This document shows positions 35,099 to 44,780 of a stretch of 64,000 nucleotides of DNA, piece by piece. Made by a program: the position numbers and the translations under genes. This stretch comes from an uncultured Gemmatimonadales bacterium (GTDB taxonomy: Bacteria > Gemmatimonadota > Gemmatimonadetes > Longimicrobiales > RSA9). How positions within the stretch are numbered: position 1 is the first letter of the stretch; each line of letters starts with the position of its first letter. The stretch covers positions 1 to 64,000 of the forward strand of contig CAWCUS010000004.1 of assembly GCA_963798845.1 (NCBI GenBank). The letters run 5' to 3'. The notes under the pieces were generated by a model, which did not search any database, had not been told where the DNA came from, and was given only the letters and a program-made list of their open reading frames with translations.

Positions 35099-36028
35099 AT
35101 GGGGAGCGACGCCGTTCCGACCGATGTCGAGCCTCGCGAGGGTGCAGCGGGGACCGGTTCCACACCCGGAGCCGGTCCCCGCTCGTCCATCTGGCGCGCG
35201 GCGGGACATGCGATCACCCTCGATCGGCCCCGCATCATGGGCATCCTGAACCTGACGCCCGACTCCTTCTGGGAAGGCAGCCGGTCGCCGGACCCCGCCG
35301 CGGCGCTGCGCCGCGCGGCGCGGATGGTGCAAGAGGGCGCCGATCTGCTGGACGTCGGCGGTGAGTCCACCCGGCCCGGGGCCACCCCCGTGACCGCCGG
35401 CGAGGAGCGCGCCCGGATCGTGCCGGTGATCGCCGCCCTGGCCCGGGAGCACCCGGACGTGCCGGTCTCGGTCGACACAGTCAAGGCGGAAGTGGCCCGC
35501 GCCGCCCTCGATGCCGGAGCCGCTATCGTCAACGACGTCTCCGCTCTCCGGCTCGACCCCGGGATGGCCGCGGCGTGCGCCAGCGCGGACGCCGGCGTGG
35601 TGCTGATGCACTCGCGCGGCGCCGTGGCCGACATGGCGCGCTACGACCTGGCCGATTACGGGCCCGAGCCCGCAGACGACGTGGCGGAGGAGCTGCGCGC
35701 TGCAGCCCGCCACGCGCTCGGCGCCGGCGTGCGCCCGGATGCGATCGTGGTCGATCCGGGGCTCGGCTTCTCCAAGCGCACCGAGCACAGCGCGGCGGTG
35801 CTCCGCGGCCTCGCTCGCCTCCTCGCGCTGGGCTTCCCCGTCCTGGTCGGTCCGTCCCGAAAGCGCTTCGTCGGCGAGCTTGCCGGCGGGCTGCTGGTGG
35901 AGGAGCGGCTGCCGGGTACCCTGGCCGCGTGCGTCGTCGCCTGGATGGCAGGGGCGCGCGTGTTCCGCGTCCACGACGTCGCACCCGTGCGCCACGCCCT
36001 CGCGGTGGCGGAGGCGATGACCGCATGA
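35099..36028 (+). CDS. folP: Dihydropteroate synthase
   Basis: MGILNLTPDSF, GGESTRPG, DPGLGF, SRKRF and FRVHDV motifs. Confidence 0.94.
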   Translation: MGSDAVPTDVEPREGAAGTGSTPGAGPRSSIWRAAGHAITLDRPRIMGILNLTPDSFWEGSRSPDPAAALRRAARMVQEGADLLDVGGESTRPGATPVTAGEERARIVPVIAALAREHPDVPVSVDTVKAEVARAALDAGAAIVNDVSALRLDPGMAAACASADAGVVLMHSRGAVADMARYDLADYGPEPADDVAEELRAAARHALGAGVRPDAIVVDPGLGFSKRTEHSAAVLRGLARLLALGFPVLVGPSRKRFVGELAGGLLVEERLPGTLAACVVAWMAGARVFRVHDVAPVRHALAVAEAMTA

Positions 36029-36816
36029 GGGACGGGTTCGACTTCATCGCACGCTACCAGTTCCTCCTACCCCGGGCCGCCGATGCGATTCAGATCGTCA
36101 TCGTGGCCATAGGCATCTACTACATCCTGCGCCTCCTGGCCCGCACCCGGGCCATGCAGATGCTGTTCGGGCTCCTGCTCCTGTCCGCCATCTTCTTCGC
36201 GGCCCGGTTCCTCGGCCTCGACCTCATCGGGACCATCCTCGAAGTGGCGTTTCAGTACGGCGTGATCGCCGCGCTCATCGTCTTTCAGCCCGAACTGCGG
36301 AGCGCGCTGGCACGGCTCGGCCAGAGCCGCATGCTCCGCCTGTTCAACAAGATGGAGGAGAGTGCGGTGGTCGAGGAGCTGGTCGAAGGCGTCGAGAGGC
36401 TCTCCCGCGCCAAGATCGGCGGCATCATCGCCATCCAGCGCGACGTCGGCCTCGACGAGTACGCCGACACCGGCACCCGCATCCAGGCGCGCGTCTCCTC
36501 CGACATCATCGTCAGCATCTTCGCGCCCTACGGCCCGCTCCACGATGGCGCGCTGCTGGTGAGCGGCGACACGATCATCGCCGCGGGCGTGATCCTGCCG
36601 CTGACGCAGTTCCCGGTGGCCGACAAGAGCCTGGGCACCCGCCACCGCGCTGCCATCGGGCTTTCGGAAGAGACGGATGCGCTGGTCGTGGTGGTCAGCG
36701 AGGAGAATTCCCAGGTGTCGATGGCCCAGCGAGGCCGACTCGAGCGCAATGTCTCACCGGAACGCCTCCGCGCCGCGCTCATCGGCGTGGCCGGCACCCG
36801 CGCCGTGGCAGAATGA
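36025..36816 (+). CDS. cdaA: Diadenylate cyclase CdaA
   Basis: Three N-terminal TMs; VFQPELR, PLHDGA, GTRHRAA and VVVSEE motifs. Confidence 0.93.
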   Translation: MRDGFDFIARYQFLLPRAADAIQIVIVAIGIYYILRLLARTRAMQMLFGLLLLSAIFFAARFLGLDLIGTILEVAFQYGVIAALIVFQPELRSALARLGQSRMLRLFNKMEESAVVEELVEGVERLSRAKIGGIIAIQRDVGLDEYADTGTRIQARVSSDIIVSIFAPYGPLHDGALLVSGDTIIAAGVILPLTQFPVADKSLGTRHRAAIGLSEETDALVVVVSEENSQVSMAQRGRLERNVSPERLRAALIGVAGTRAVAE

Positions 36817-36823
36817 GGGCGCG

Positions 36824-36852
36824 TTGACACCCTTTCGGGGTACCCGTACATT
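36824..36852 (+). promoter_or_regulatory. Sigma70 promoter of exbB-exbD-exbD-tonB
   Basis: TTGACA-N17-TACATT. Confidence 0.75.
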
Positions 36853-36927
36853 GGCCCGGATTCAGGGTAAACTCTGGACGTCCTTGATTTTCTCCGCTTC
36901 GCGGAGCACGTACGGCAGAAGAGCGCA

Positions 36928-37746
36928 ATGAACCAACAGGTCGCACAGGGTGCCGCTCAGGAAGGGTTCAACCTGATGAACCTCTTCGCGGATGGCGGAC
37001 CGATGATGTATCCACTCATCATCTGCTCGCTGCTCGCGCTGGGGGTCATCATCGCCAAGGCGTGGACCCTCTGGGTGGCCCACCGGGAGTCGAAAGGGCT
37101 GCTCGAGCAGGTCGAGCACCTGGGCCGCGAAGGCCGCATCGATGAGGCGCTCCGGCTCGCCGAGGAACGGCCCGGCCCCGTAGCCGCGATCCTCTACGCG
37201 GGGCTCCGCAGGGTTCGGGAGCGCACCGCCAGCACCGCCGGCGTCGAGAAGGCGGTGCAGACCACGGGCGCGATCGAGCTGGGCTTCCTCGAGCGCGGTC
37301 TCGTCGTTCTGGCCACCGTCGCCAACGTGGCTCCGCTCCTCGGCTTCCTCGGGACCGTGGCCGGCATGATCTCCGCCTTCGGCGCCATAGCCCAGGCCGG
37401 TCAGGTCGACGCGGCGCTCGTCGCCGGCGGGATCAAGGTGGCGCTCATCACCACCGCCACGGGCCTGATCATCGCCGTTCCGGTGAACCTCGGGTACAAC
37501 TACTTCGTGACACGCATCGACAAGCTGATCGTGGACATGGAGGAGGGCACGGGCGCCGTGCTCCGGATGGTGTGGCGCCTCGAGTCCGAAGGCCGCCTCG
37601 CCCCGGCCGGCGGCGGGGGGACCACTCCCGCCGCACCGGTCACCAGGATGCCGGGCACGGCCAGGTCCATACATGACGCGGAAGCGAAGGAGCGGCCGTT
37701 CACCGACCCGGTCCAGCGTCCGCCGGAAGACACGCAGATCGACTGA
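36928..37746 (+). CDS. exbB: MotA/TolQ/ExbB proton channel protein
   Basis: GGPMMYPL, APLLGFLGTVAGMISAF and GIKVALITTATGL motifs. Confidence 0.9.
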   Translation: MNQQVAQGAAQEGFNLMNLFADGGPMMYPLIICSLLALGVIIAKAWTLWVAHRESKGLLEQVEHLGREGRIDEALRLAEERPGPVAAILYAGLRRVRERTASTAGVEKAVQTTGAIELGFLERGLVVLATVANVAPLLGFLGTVAGMISAFGAIAQAGQVDAALVAGGIKVALITTATGLIIAVPVNLGYNYFVTRIDKLIVDMEEGTGAVLRMVWRLESEGRLAPAGGGGTTPAAPVTRMPGTARSIHDAEAKERPFTDPVQRPPEDTQID

Positions 37747-37758
37747 GGCGTACAAGGC

Positions 37759-38178
37759 ATGGCGATCCTTAAGAAGAAATCACGGGCGTCGGGGGACATC
37801 CCCACAGCCTCCATGGCGGACATCGCGTTCCTCCTCCTCATCTTCTTCCTCGTCACCACGATCTTCGACGAGGAGAAGGGGCTGAGCATCGTGCTGCCCG
37901 AGAGCGGTCAGGAGGCCCCGGTCTCCCAGAAGAACCTGCTCTTCCTGACCATCCAGCCCAACGGTGTGGTGGAGGTGAAGCGTGGCGAAAGCCCGCAGAT
38001 CCAGCAGGTGTCCTCGGCGGACATCGGCGGCATCTGGCGCATGGAAGTGTCGCAGAACCCGAACCTGATCGCGGCTGTGAAGACAGCCCCAACCGCGCCC
38101 TATCGCTACATGATCGATGTGCTCGACCAGCTGCAGGGGGCCGGGGCCGAGCGCGTGAACCTGGGAATCGTGGAGTAG
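37759..38178 (+). CDS. exbD: ExbD/TolR family protein
   Basis: IPTASMADIAFLLLIFFLVTT. Confidence 0.9.
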   Translation: MAILKKKSRASGDIPTASMADIAFLLLIFFLVTTIFDEEKGLSIVLPESGQEAPVSQKNLLFLTIQPNGVVEVKRGESPQIQQVSSADIGGIWRMEVSQNPNLIAAVKTAPTAPYRYMIDVLDQLQGAGAERVNLGIVE

Positions 38179-38184
38179 CCGCGC

Positions 38185-38628
38185 ATGATCACGGGCGGAG
38201 GATTCGAACGGAAGTCGAAGGCGTCGAGCGAGATCCCGTCGTCGTCCCTCGCGGACATGGCGTTCCTGCTCCTCATCTTCTTCATGGTCAGCACCACGTT
38301 CCCCGCGGAGCGGCCGCGCAAGATGCCGTGGCCCGAGGCACAGGCCACCGAGAAGCTGGACGAGCAGCGCAAGAACATCCTGCACGCGTTCGTCACCCAG
38401 GAAGGCCAGGTCTTCATCAACGACCACCTGATCCCCATGGATCGAGTGTCCAACGTGGTCGCCCCACTCTACGCGCAGAACCGGGAGCTCCTCGTCGAGC
38501 TGCGGGCGGATCGGAACACTCCGTACGCTACGATTTATAACATACAGCAGGAGCTCCAGGAGGCGGGCGCGCTGCGCCTGACCTTCTACACGGATCTGGA
38601 GGAACGCATCAAGCGGGAGCGGAGGTAG
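38185..38628 (+). CDS. exbD: ExbD/TolR family protein (second copy)
   Basis: IPSSSLADMAFLLLIFFMVST and LRADRNTPY. Confidence 0.9.
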   Translation: MITGGGFERKSKASSEIPSSSLADMAFLLLIFFMVSTTFPAERPRKMPWPEAQATEKLDEQRKNILHAFVTQEGQVFINDHLIPMDRVSNVVAPLYAQNRELLVELRADRNTPYATIYNIQQELQEAGALRLTFYTDLEERIKRERR

Positions 38629-38630
38629 GC

Positions 38631-39302
38631 ATGGCCGAGAAGAAGACGGCCGTCCACGAAACGGCGAACGACCGCTTCAAGCGCGGGTTCGCCGACTGGT
38701 TCTGGGGGGCGTTGATCGTGGCGACGGTCGTCCACGCCGCGATCTTCTTCGCCTCTCCGACATTCGGCACGGAGGACGTGAGCTTCAAGGCCGACGAGAT
38801 CGAGTCGGTCGAGCTCCCGGACGAGATCGAGATCCCGCCGCCGCCCCAGGCCATTCCCCGGCCGGCCACGCCGGTGATCGCCGCGGCCGACGTGAGCGAG
38901 GACGTCACGATCGCCCCGACCACATTCGAGGAAAACCCGATCGAGAACCTTCCGCCCCCTCCTACGGAGTCGAAGGAGGAGGACCTGGCGGCGGCACCGA
39001 CGTTCACGCCGATGACGGTGCGTCCGAACCTGAAGAACAGCTCGGAAGTGCAGCAGGCGCTCATGCGCTACTATCCGCCCCTGCTCCGCGATGCGGGGAT
39101 CGGCGGAACGGTGAACATGTGGTTCTTCATCGACGAGAACGGGCGCGTCCAGAAGACGCAGATCAACAAGACGAGCGGCTACGACGCCTTCGACGAGGCC
39201 GCGAAGAAGGTGGCGGACCTGATGGTGTTCACGCCCGCCTACAACCGCGACAAGAAGGTGCCGGTCTGGGTGGCGCTCGACATCACGTTCGAAGTGCAGT
39301 AG
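38631..39302 (+). CDS. tonB: Energy transducer TonB
   Basis: N-terminal TM with His, Pro/Glu-rich linker, YPPLLRDAGIGGTV...FTPA C-terminal domain. Confidence 0.9.
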   Translation: MAEKKTAVHETANDRFKRGFADWFWGALIVATVVHAAIFFASPTFGTEDVSFKADEIESVELPDEIEIPPPPQAIPRPATPVIAAADVSEDVTIAPTTFEENPIENLPPPPTESKEEDLAAAPTFTPMTVRPNLKNSSEVQQALMRYYPPLLRDAGIGGTVNMWFFIDENGRVQKTQINKTSGYDAFDEAAKKVADLMVFTPAYNRDKKVPVWVALDITFEVQ

Positions 39303-39327
39303 CGGCACGATCCGCTGCCGGATGTCA

Positions 39328-39363
39328 GCGGGGCCGCCCCGACGGGGCGGCCCCGCTTCATTT
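39328..39363 (+). terminator. Intrinsic terminator after tonB
   Basis: agcggggccgcccc-gac-ggggcggccccgct followed by tcattt. Confidence 0.7.
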
Positions 39364-39383
39364 CGCCGGAACTCCGCACGGCG

Positions 39384-39412
39384 TTGATATTTGGACCCCG
39401 CTCACGTACCAT
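39384..39412 (+). promoter_or_regulatory. Sigma70 promoter of the yggS-divIVA-ileS unit
   Basis: TTGATA-N17-TACCAT, ending 9 nt before ATG 39422. Confidence 0.65.
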
Positions 39413-39421
39413 TGCGCCGGC

Positions 39422-40123
39422 ATGTGGGATGAACGGCTGAGGGAGACGGTTCCCAGGGTCCGGGAGCGCATCCGCCGGGCCCTGGAGCGGGCGGGGCGGC
39501 GGGACGATGTCGGCCTCGTCGCGGTGACCAAGGGGCACGAGCCCCAGGCCGCGGCCGCGGCGGTGCGGGCCGGCCTCCGGATGCTCGGTGAGAACCGGGT
39601 CCAGGAGCTGGCGGGCAAGGTGCAGGCCGTGGGCCGCGACGCCGCGGAGTGGCAGCTCATCGGCCACCTTCAGCGCAACAAGGCGAGAACTGCCGTACCC
39701 CTGTTCGATCGCATTCATTCCGTCGATTCCCTGCGGCTCGCCCGCACCCTCGACGCCGAGGCGGAGCGCACCAATGTGGTCGTCCGGGGGCTGCTGCAGG
39801 TGAACGTCTCCGGGGAGGAGACCAAGGGCGGCTTCGACGCACGCACGGCCCCCGTCGCGCTGGAAAGCCTGGCCGAGCTGGCGCACCTCCACCTCGAAGG
39901 GCTCATGACCATGGCGCCCTGGACGGATGACGAGGCCGTCCTCCGGCGCACCTTCGGCGCCGCTCGTCGGCTGCTCGAAGCATGTCGCAGCGAGGCCCCC
40001 GCCGTCATGCGCGGCGCCGAGCTGTCCATGGGCATGAGCAGCGATTTCGAGATCGCCATTGAAGAGGGCGCAACGCTCGTCCGGCTCGGAACGGTCCTGT
40101 TTGGAGAGAGGGAACAGCTATGA
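39422..40123 (+). CDS. yggS: PLP homeostasis protein YggS
   Basis: LVAVTK, GENRVQE, IGHLQRNK, GLMTMAP, LSMGMSSD and VRLGT motifs. Confidence 0.94.
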   Translation: MWDERLRETVPRVRERIRRALERAGRRDDVGLVAVTKGHEPQAAAAAVRAGLRMLGENRVQELAGKVQAVGRDAAEWQLIGHLQRNKARTAVPLFDRIHSVDSLRLARTLDAEAERTNVVVRGLLQVNVSGEETKGGFDARTAPVALESLAELAHLHLEGLMTMAPWTDDEAVLRRTFGAARRLLEACRSEAPAVMRGAELSMGMSSDFEIAIEEGATLVRLGTVLFGEREQL

Positions 40124-41260
40124 TCGATCTCACGCCACTCGAAGTCCGCCAGAAGAAGGGTGACTTCCGTCGCGCGCTCCGCGGCTACGATGCCGAGCTC
40201 GTGAACGACTTCCTCGACCTCGTCGCGGACCGGATGGAGGAGCTGGTCAAGGAGAACATGTCGCTGAAGGATTCGCTCGGGAAGGTCAAGGGCGAGCTTG
40301 GCTCCTTCCGCGACAAGGAGCGGACGCTCTCTGAAGCTCTGCTCGCCGCGGAGCGTCTGCGCGAGGAAGCCCGGGCCCGCGCCGAGAAGGAGTCGGAGCT
40401 GATCCTCCGCGAGGCCGCGGTCGCCGGCGCAGAGGCGCGCCTGGAGTCGGCGCGCAGGCTCGCGGCCGAGGAGGATGCCCTTCGCCAGGTGCGGGCGAGG
40501 CGCGGTCAGCTGGTCGAGTCCTTCCGTCGCCTGTTGGAGCGGGAGCTGTCGGCGCTCGAGGCCGTGGAGCAGGCGTTGGAGCTCCGCCCCGAAGGCGTTC
40601 AGGGCAGCGGTTCCGGCGAGACCGGAGAAGGCGCCGAGGCCGGCGATGTCGAACGCGAACCTGTCGAGGCTGCCGCGGGTGTCGAGCCTGCCAGAGGCCG
40701 AGGCTGTCGAGCGAAAAGGCGAGGCTGTCGAGGCCGTCGAGGCTGCCGAGGATTTCGAGCCTGTCGAGCACGAGGCCGAGGCCGTCGAGCCTGTCGAGGC
40801 CGTCGAGGATGTCGAGGATGTCGAGCCTGTCGAGCCTGTCCAGGCTGCCGAGCCTGTCGAGCCTGCGGCGGTCGAGTCTGGCGAGCGCGAGCCGAGGCCC
40901 TGGGCCCGGACCTCCGCTACGGTCGAGGATCCCGAGCGCGCCGGGGGCGGCCCGGAGGGGGCCGGTGAGGTCCGCGGCGGCGAGGGCGGCCGGGCGGAAG
41001 ATGATGAGCTGCTGATGCTGCCGGAGGCGCCGCCGGATCCGCCGTTCGTCTCCGGCCTGACCATCGAGCTGGACCTGGTGGACGCGCCCGGGGTGGAGAC
41101 GGTAAAGGCGGAGGAGGCGGCGCCGGAGAGCGACGCCACGGAAGGCTCTGCTCCGGAGGAATCGGAGCGGAACCCGGAAGGGAGCGGGGGTGGAGAGGCG
41201 GAAGAGCCGGCGAACGACGCGTGGCTGTCTTCGCTGGTCAGGGAGCGGCGCACGGAATGA
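40120..41260 (+). CDS. divIVA: DivIVA-domain protein with a long acidic repeat linker; apparent +1 frameshift at ~40693
   Basis: LTPLEVRQKKGDFRRALRGYD..LV..FLD followed by a coiled coil. Removing the A in gcc-A-gag joins it to the frame of ORF 40475..41260, which ends overlapping the ileS ATG. Confidence 0.8.
40655..40876 (+). repeat. Degenerate 9-bp tandem repeat (e.g. cctgtcgag / gccgtcgag) encoding xVE/xAE triplets
   Basis: Translates as EAVEAVEAAEDFEPVEHEAEAVEPVEAVEDVEDVEPVEPVQAAEPVE. Confidence 0.8.
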
Positions 41261-44200
41261 GATACCCGGACTACCCGGAGCAGCTCCGGTGGCTGGAGGA
41301 GGAAGTCCTCCGGCGCTGGCGCGAAGAGGACCTGTTCACGAAGACTCTCGAAGCCACGGCAGGCGGAGAGCCGTTCGTGTTCTACGAAGGCCCTCCCACC
41401 GCGAACGGCCGCCCGGGGATTCACCACGTTTTCGCCCGCACGCTGAAGGACCTGGTGTGTCGATACCAGACCATGCGCGGGCGCCACGTTCGCCGGAAGG
41501 CGGGCTGGGACACGCACGGGCTCCCCGTGGAGATCGAGGCGGAGAAGGGCCTGGGGATCAGCGGGAAGCGCCAGATCGAGAAGCTCGGCGTGGCGCGCTT
41601 CAACGAGGTTTGCCGCGAGAGCGTGTTCACGTACAAGGAGGAGTGGGAGCGGCTGAGCGAGCGCATCGGCTACTGGCTCGACTACTCCGATCCCTACGTC
41701 ACTTTCCACCCGGAGTACATCGAGACTGTGTGGTGGCTGCTGCGGCAGCTGGCCGACCGCGACCTCATCTACCGGGGCTATCGGAGCGTGCCCTATTGTC
41801 CGCGCTGCGGCACCGCCCTCAGCTCGCACGAGGTGGCCCAGGGCTACCGCGAGGTCGAGGACCCGTCCGTCCATTTCCTCTGCCGGATCATCGAGGAGCA
41901 CGGCGACACCGGGGAGCGCGCGTTCCTGGTCTGGACCACCACGCCCTGGACGATCCCGTCCAACGTCGGACTGGCGATCAACCCGGGGCTCGTCTACGCA
42001 GAGGTGGAGTGGCGAGGGCAGGGGCTCATCGTCGCCGAGTCGCTGGTACGCCGCCTCTTCGGCGACGACGCCACCATCCGCCGCCGCCATGATGCCCGCG
42101 ATCTCCTCGGCCTCCGCTACCGCCGACCGCTCGATCTCGTGCCGGCCTCGGAGGAACAGGCTGCCGCGGCGTGGCGCGTTGTGCCGGCCGCCTTCGTCAG
42201 CGCGGAGGAGGGAACCGGGATCGTCCACATCGCGCCGGCGTTCGGGGCGGACGACTACGCGGCCGGTCAGGAGCACGGGCTGCCCATGCTCCGCCCGGTG
42301 GACGACGACGGCCGCTTTCTTCCCGATGTCCGGCTCGTCGGCGGGGAGTTCGTGAAGGACGCGGACGCGCGCCTGCTCGAGGAGCTGAAGGCCCGCGGCG
42401 CCCTCTGGAAGGCGGGCACGGTGACGCACTCGTACCCTCACTGCTGGCGCTGCGACAGTCCGCTCATCTACATGGCGAGGGACTCGTGGTACATCCGCAC
42501 CACCGCCGTCAAGGAGCGGATGCTCGAGAACAACCGCGGCGTGAACTGGAACCCGCCGGAAATCGGGACAGGCCGCTTCGGGGAGTGGCTCGAAGGGAAC
42601 ATCGACTGGGCGCTCTCGCGCGACCGCTACTGGGGCACGCCGCTTCCGATCTGGGTCTGCGATGCCGATCCCGACCACCGCGTCGTGATCGGCTCCTTCG
42701 CCGAGCTGGCGGAGCACGCCGGCCCGCTGGGCGAGGATTTCGATCCGCACAAGCCATGGATCGACGAGCTGATCTGGCCGTGCCCCCAGTGCGACGGCAC
42801 CATGCGGCGCACGCCGGAGGTCATTGACGCCTGGTTCGACTCCGGCTCCATGCCGTTCGCCCAGTGGCACTACCCCTTCGAGAACCGGGAGATCTGGGAG
42901 CGACAGTTCCCCGCGGATTTCGTCGCCGAGGGGCTCGACCAGACGCGCGGGTGGTTCTACTCCCTCATGGCCATTGCAACCATGCTCGGCCATGGGCCCG
43001 CGTACCGGAACGTGCTGGTCAACGGCCTCGTGCTCGACCGTGACGGCCAGAAGATGTCCAAGTCGCGCGGCAACACCGTGAGCCCCTGGGAGGCGATCGA
43101 CCGCTTCGGCGCCGACGCGATCCGCTGGTACCTGGTCACCGTCAGCCAGCCGTCGATCGCGAAGCGGTGGGACGAGGACGCGCTCGCCGAGACCGTGCGG
43201 CGCACGTTCGACACCCTCGCCAACACGTACCGCTTCTTCGCCCTCTACGCCAACCTCGAGGACTGGAGCCCGTCCGACCATCCGGCCGCGCCGGACGCGC
43301 GCCCGGTCATCGACCGCTGGCTTCTGTCCCGCCAGGCCGGGCTGGTCGGGGACGTCCTCGCCGCCCTCGACGGCTATGATCTCACGCGCGCCGCCCGGCG
43401 CATCGCCGATTTCGTGGTGGACGACCTCTCCAACTGGTACGTCCGCCGCAACCGGTCGCGCTTCTGGGGCTCCGCCGACAGCGCGGACACAGCAGCGGCG
43501 TTTCAGGCGTTGTGGGAAGCGCTGGTGACCGTCTCCCGCCTGATGGCCCCGTTCACCCCCTTCCTGTCCGACTGGCTGCACCGCGCGATCGGCCTGGAGA
43601 GCGTGCACCTCGCTCGGTACCCCGAGCCGCACCCGCAGCTGCGAGACGCGGCGCTCGAGCGGCAGATGGAGGCCGTGCGCACCCTCTCGAGCCTCGGTCG
43701 TGCCGCCCGCGACGCCGTCGGCATCCGTGTGCGCCAGCCGCTCGGCACCCTCTTCGCCGTCACCCCGGGGAACGAAGAGCTGTCGCCCGCGCTGCTGGAC
43801 GTGCTCAGGGACGAGATCAACGTGAAGGAGGTCCGCTTCCTCTCCGGCGCGGACGAGCTCGTCACGCTCGAGGCGAAGCCGAACTTCCGGATGCTCGGGC
43901 AGCGCTTCGGGAGTCGGACCCAGGACGCCGCCGCGGGGATCCGCGCCCTCTCCGCCAGGACGCTGGCGCGCTTCGAGGCGGGCGGCGAGGTCCTCATCGA
44001 GGTGGGTGGGGAGTCGCACCGCGTCCAGGCCGACGAGGTGGAGGTGGTCCGCGTCGCCCGGGGCGACCTGGCCGTCGAGACCGCCGAGGGCTTCACCATC
44101 GGGCTCGATCCGGCGGTCTCCGAGCCGCTCCGGCTCGAAGGCGTCGCGCGCGAGCTCGTGAACCGCATCCAGCGCCTCCGGCGGGACAGCGGCCTGGAGG

Positions 44201-44403
44201 TGAGCGACCGGATCCGCCTCTGGCTCACGGGGGACGGTGATGTCATCCGGGCCGTGGAGGCGCACGGCGATTACATCGCGGCCGAGACGCTGGCAGTCGA
44301 GCTGGCCGCGGACGGCGCGCCGGCCGAGGTCGACGGCGCACGGGACTTCGACCTGGACGGCGTCGGCGCGAGGATTGCGCTGGTACGCGCGGGAGCCGGT
44401 TGA
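41257..44403 (+). CDS. ileS: Isoleucine--tRNA ligase, type 2
   Basis: FYEGPPTANGRPGIHH, GWDTHGLPVE, WTTTPWT, SRDRYWGTP, EGLDQTRGWFY and KMSKS motifs, plus the type-2 C-terminus EGVARELVNRIQRLR. Confidence 0.96.
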   Translation: MRYPDYPEQLRWLEEEVLRRWREEDLFTKTLEATAGGEPFVFYEGPPTANGRPGIHHVFARTLKDLVCRYQTMRGRHVRRKAGWDTHGLPVEIEAEKGLGISGKRQIEKLGVARFNEVCRESVFTYKEEWERLSERIGYWLDYSDPYVTFHPEYIETVWWLLRQLADRDLIYRGYRSVPYCPRCGTALSSHEVAQGYREVEDPSVHFLCRIIEEHGDTGERAFLVWTTTPWTIPSNVGLAINPGLVYAEVEWRGQGLIVAESLVRRLFGDDATIRRRHDARDLLGLRYRRPLDLVPASEEQAAAAWRVVPAAFVSAEEGTGIVHIAPAFGADDYAAGQEHGLPMLRPVDDDGRFLPDVRLVGGEFVKDADARLLEELKARGALWKAGTVTHSYPHCWRCDSPLIYMARDSWYIRTTAVKERMLENNRGVNWNPPEIGTGRFGEWLEGNIDWALSRDRYWGTPLPIWVCDADPDHRVVIGSFAELAEHAGPLGEDFDPHKPWIDELIWPCPQCDGTMRRTPEVIDAWFDSGSMPFAQWHYPFENREIWERQFPADFVAEGLDQTRGWFYSLMAIATMLGHGPAYRNVLVNGLVLDRDGQKMSKSRGNTVSPWEAIDRFGADAIRWYLVTVSQPSIAKRWDEDALAETVRRTFDTLANTYRFFALYANLEDWSPSDHPAAPDARPVIDRWLLSRQAGLVGDVLAALDGYDLTRAARRIADFVVDDLSNWYVRRNRSRFWGSADSADTAAAFQALWEALVTVSRLMAPFTPFLSDWLHRAIGLESVHLARYPEPHPQLRDAALERQMEAVRTLSSLGRAARDAVGIRVRQPLGTLFAVTPGNEELSPALLDVLRDEINVKEVRFLSGADELVTLEAKPNFRMLGQRFGSRTQDAAAGIRALSARTLARFEAGGEVLIEVGGESHRVQADEVEVVRVARGDLAVETAEGFTIGLDPAVSEPLRLEGVARELVNRIQRLRRDSGLEVSDRIRLWLTGDGDVIRAVEAHGDYIAAETLAVELAADGAPAEVDGARDFDLDGVGARIALVRAGAG

Positions 44404-44780
44404 TGCCGCTCACGGATGTGCAGCGCGACGAGCTGCAGCAGCGTCTGGAGAAGGAGCGCGCCAGGCTCCTGCGGCGCCTCCGCCGCTTCGGCGAGGAGAT
44501 GGGCGACCGCGAGTCTTCGGGCTTCTCGCAGCACATGGCGGAAGCCGCCTCGGACCTGACGGAGCGAGAGACGGCGTTCCTGATGGCCAGCGAGGAGGGT
44601 CGGCGGCTGGTGGAGCTGGATCGAGCGCTCGGTCGGCTGCGGTACGAGCCGGCCTCGTACGGCACCTGCCGGGTGTGCGGCGATCCGATCGCGTTCGAGC
44701 GGCTCGAGGCGCTGCCGCACACGGATGTCTGCATCGAGTGCAAGCGAGAGGAGGAGTCAGGGGGTGGAAGTCGTGTCTGA
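44403..44780 (+). CDS. TraR/DksA C4-type zinc finger protein
   Basis: Coiled coil followed by YGTCRVCGDPIAFERLEALPHTDVCIEC. Confidence 0.9.
   Translation: MPLTDVQRDELQQRLEKERARLLRRLRRFGEEMGDRESSGFSQHMAEAASDLTERETAFLMASEEGRRLVELDRALGRLRYEPASYGTCRVCGDPIAFERLEALPHTDVCIECKREEESGGGSRV

Noticed and set aside
40655..40876. Repeat tract as a possible CRISPR array
   Set aside because: It is a 9-bp degenerate coding repeat with no 23-47-bp repeats or unique spacers, and there are no cas genes in the window.
40690..40968. Arg/Cys-rich 'CRGRRGCRG' tail of ORF 40120..40968 as a metal-binding or RiPP-like domain
   Set aside because: It is the out-of-frame reading of the xVE repeat; codon bias and the overlap with ileS favour the acidic frame.
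39715..44265. 1516-aa minus-strand ORF, and many similar long antisense ORFs (e.g. 5220-6719, 16130-17725, 33811-35634, 62356-63822)
   Set aside because: Shadow frames of well-supported genes on the opposite strand; stop codons are scarce at this GC content and there are no recognisable motifs.
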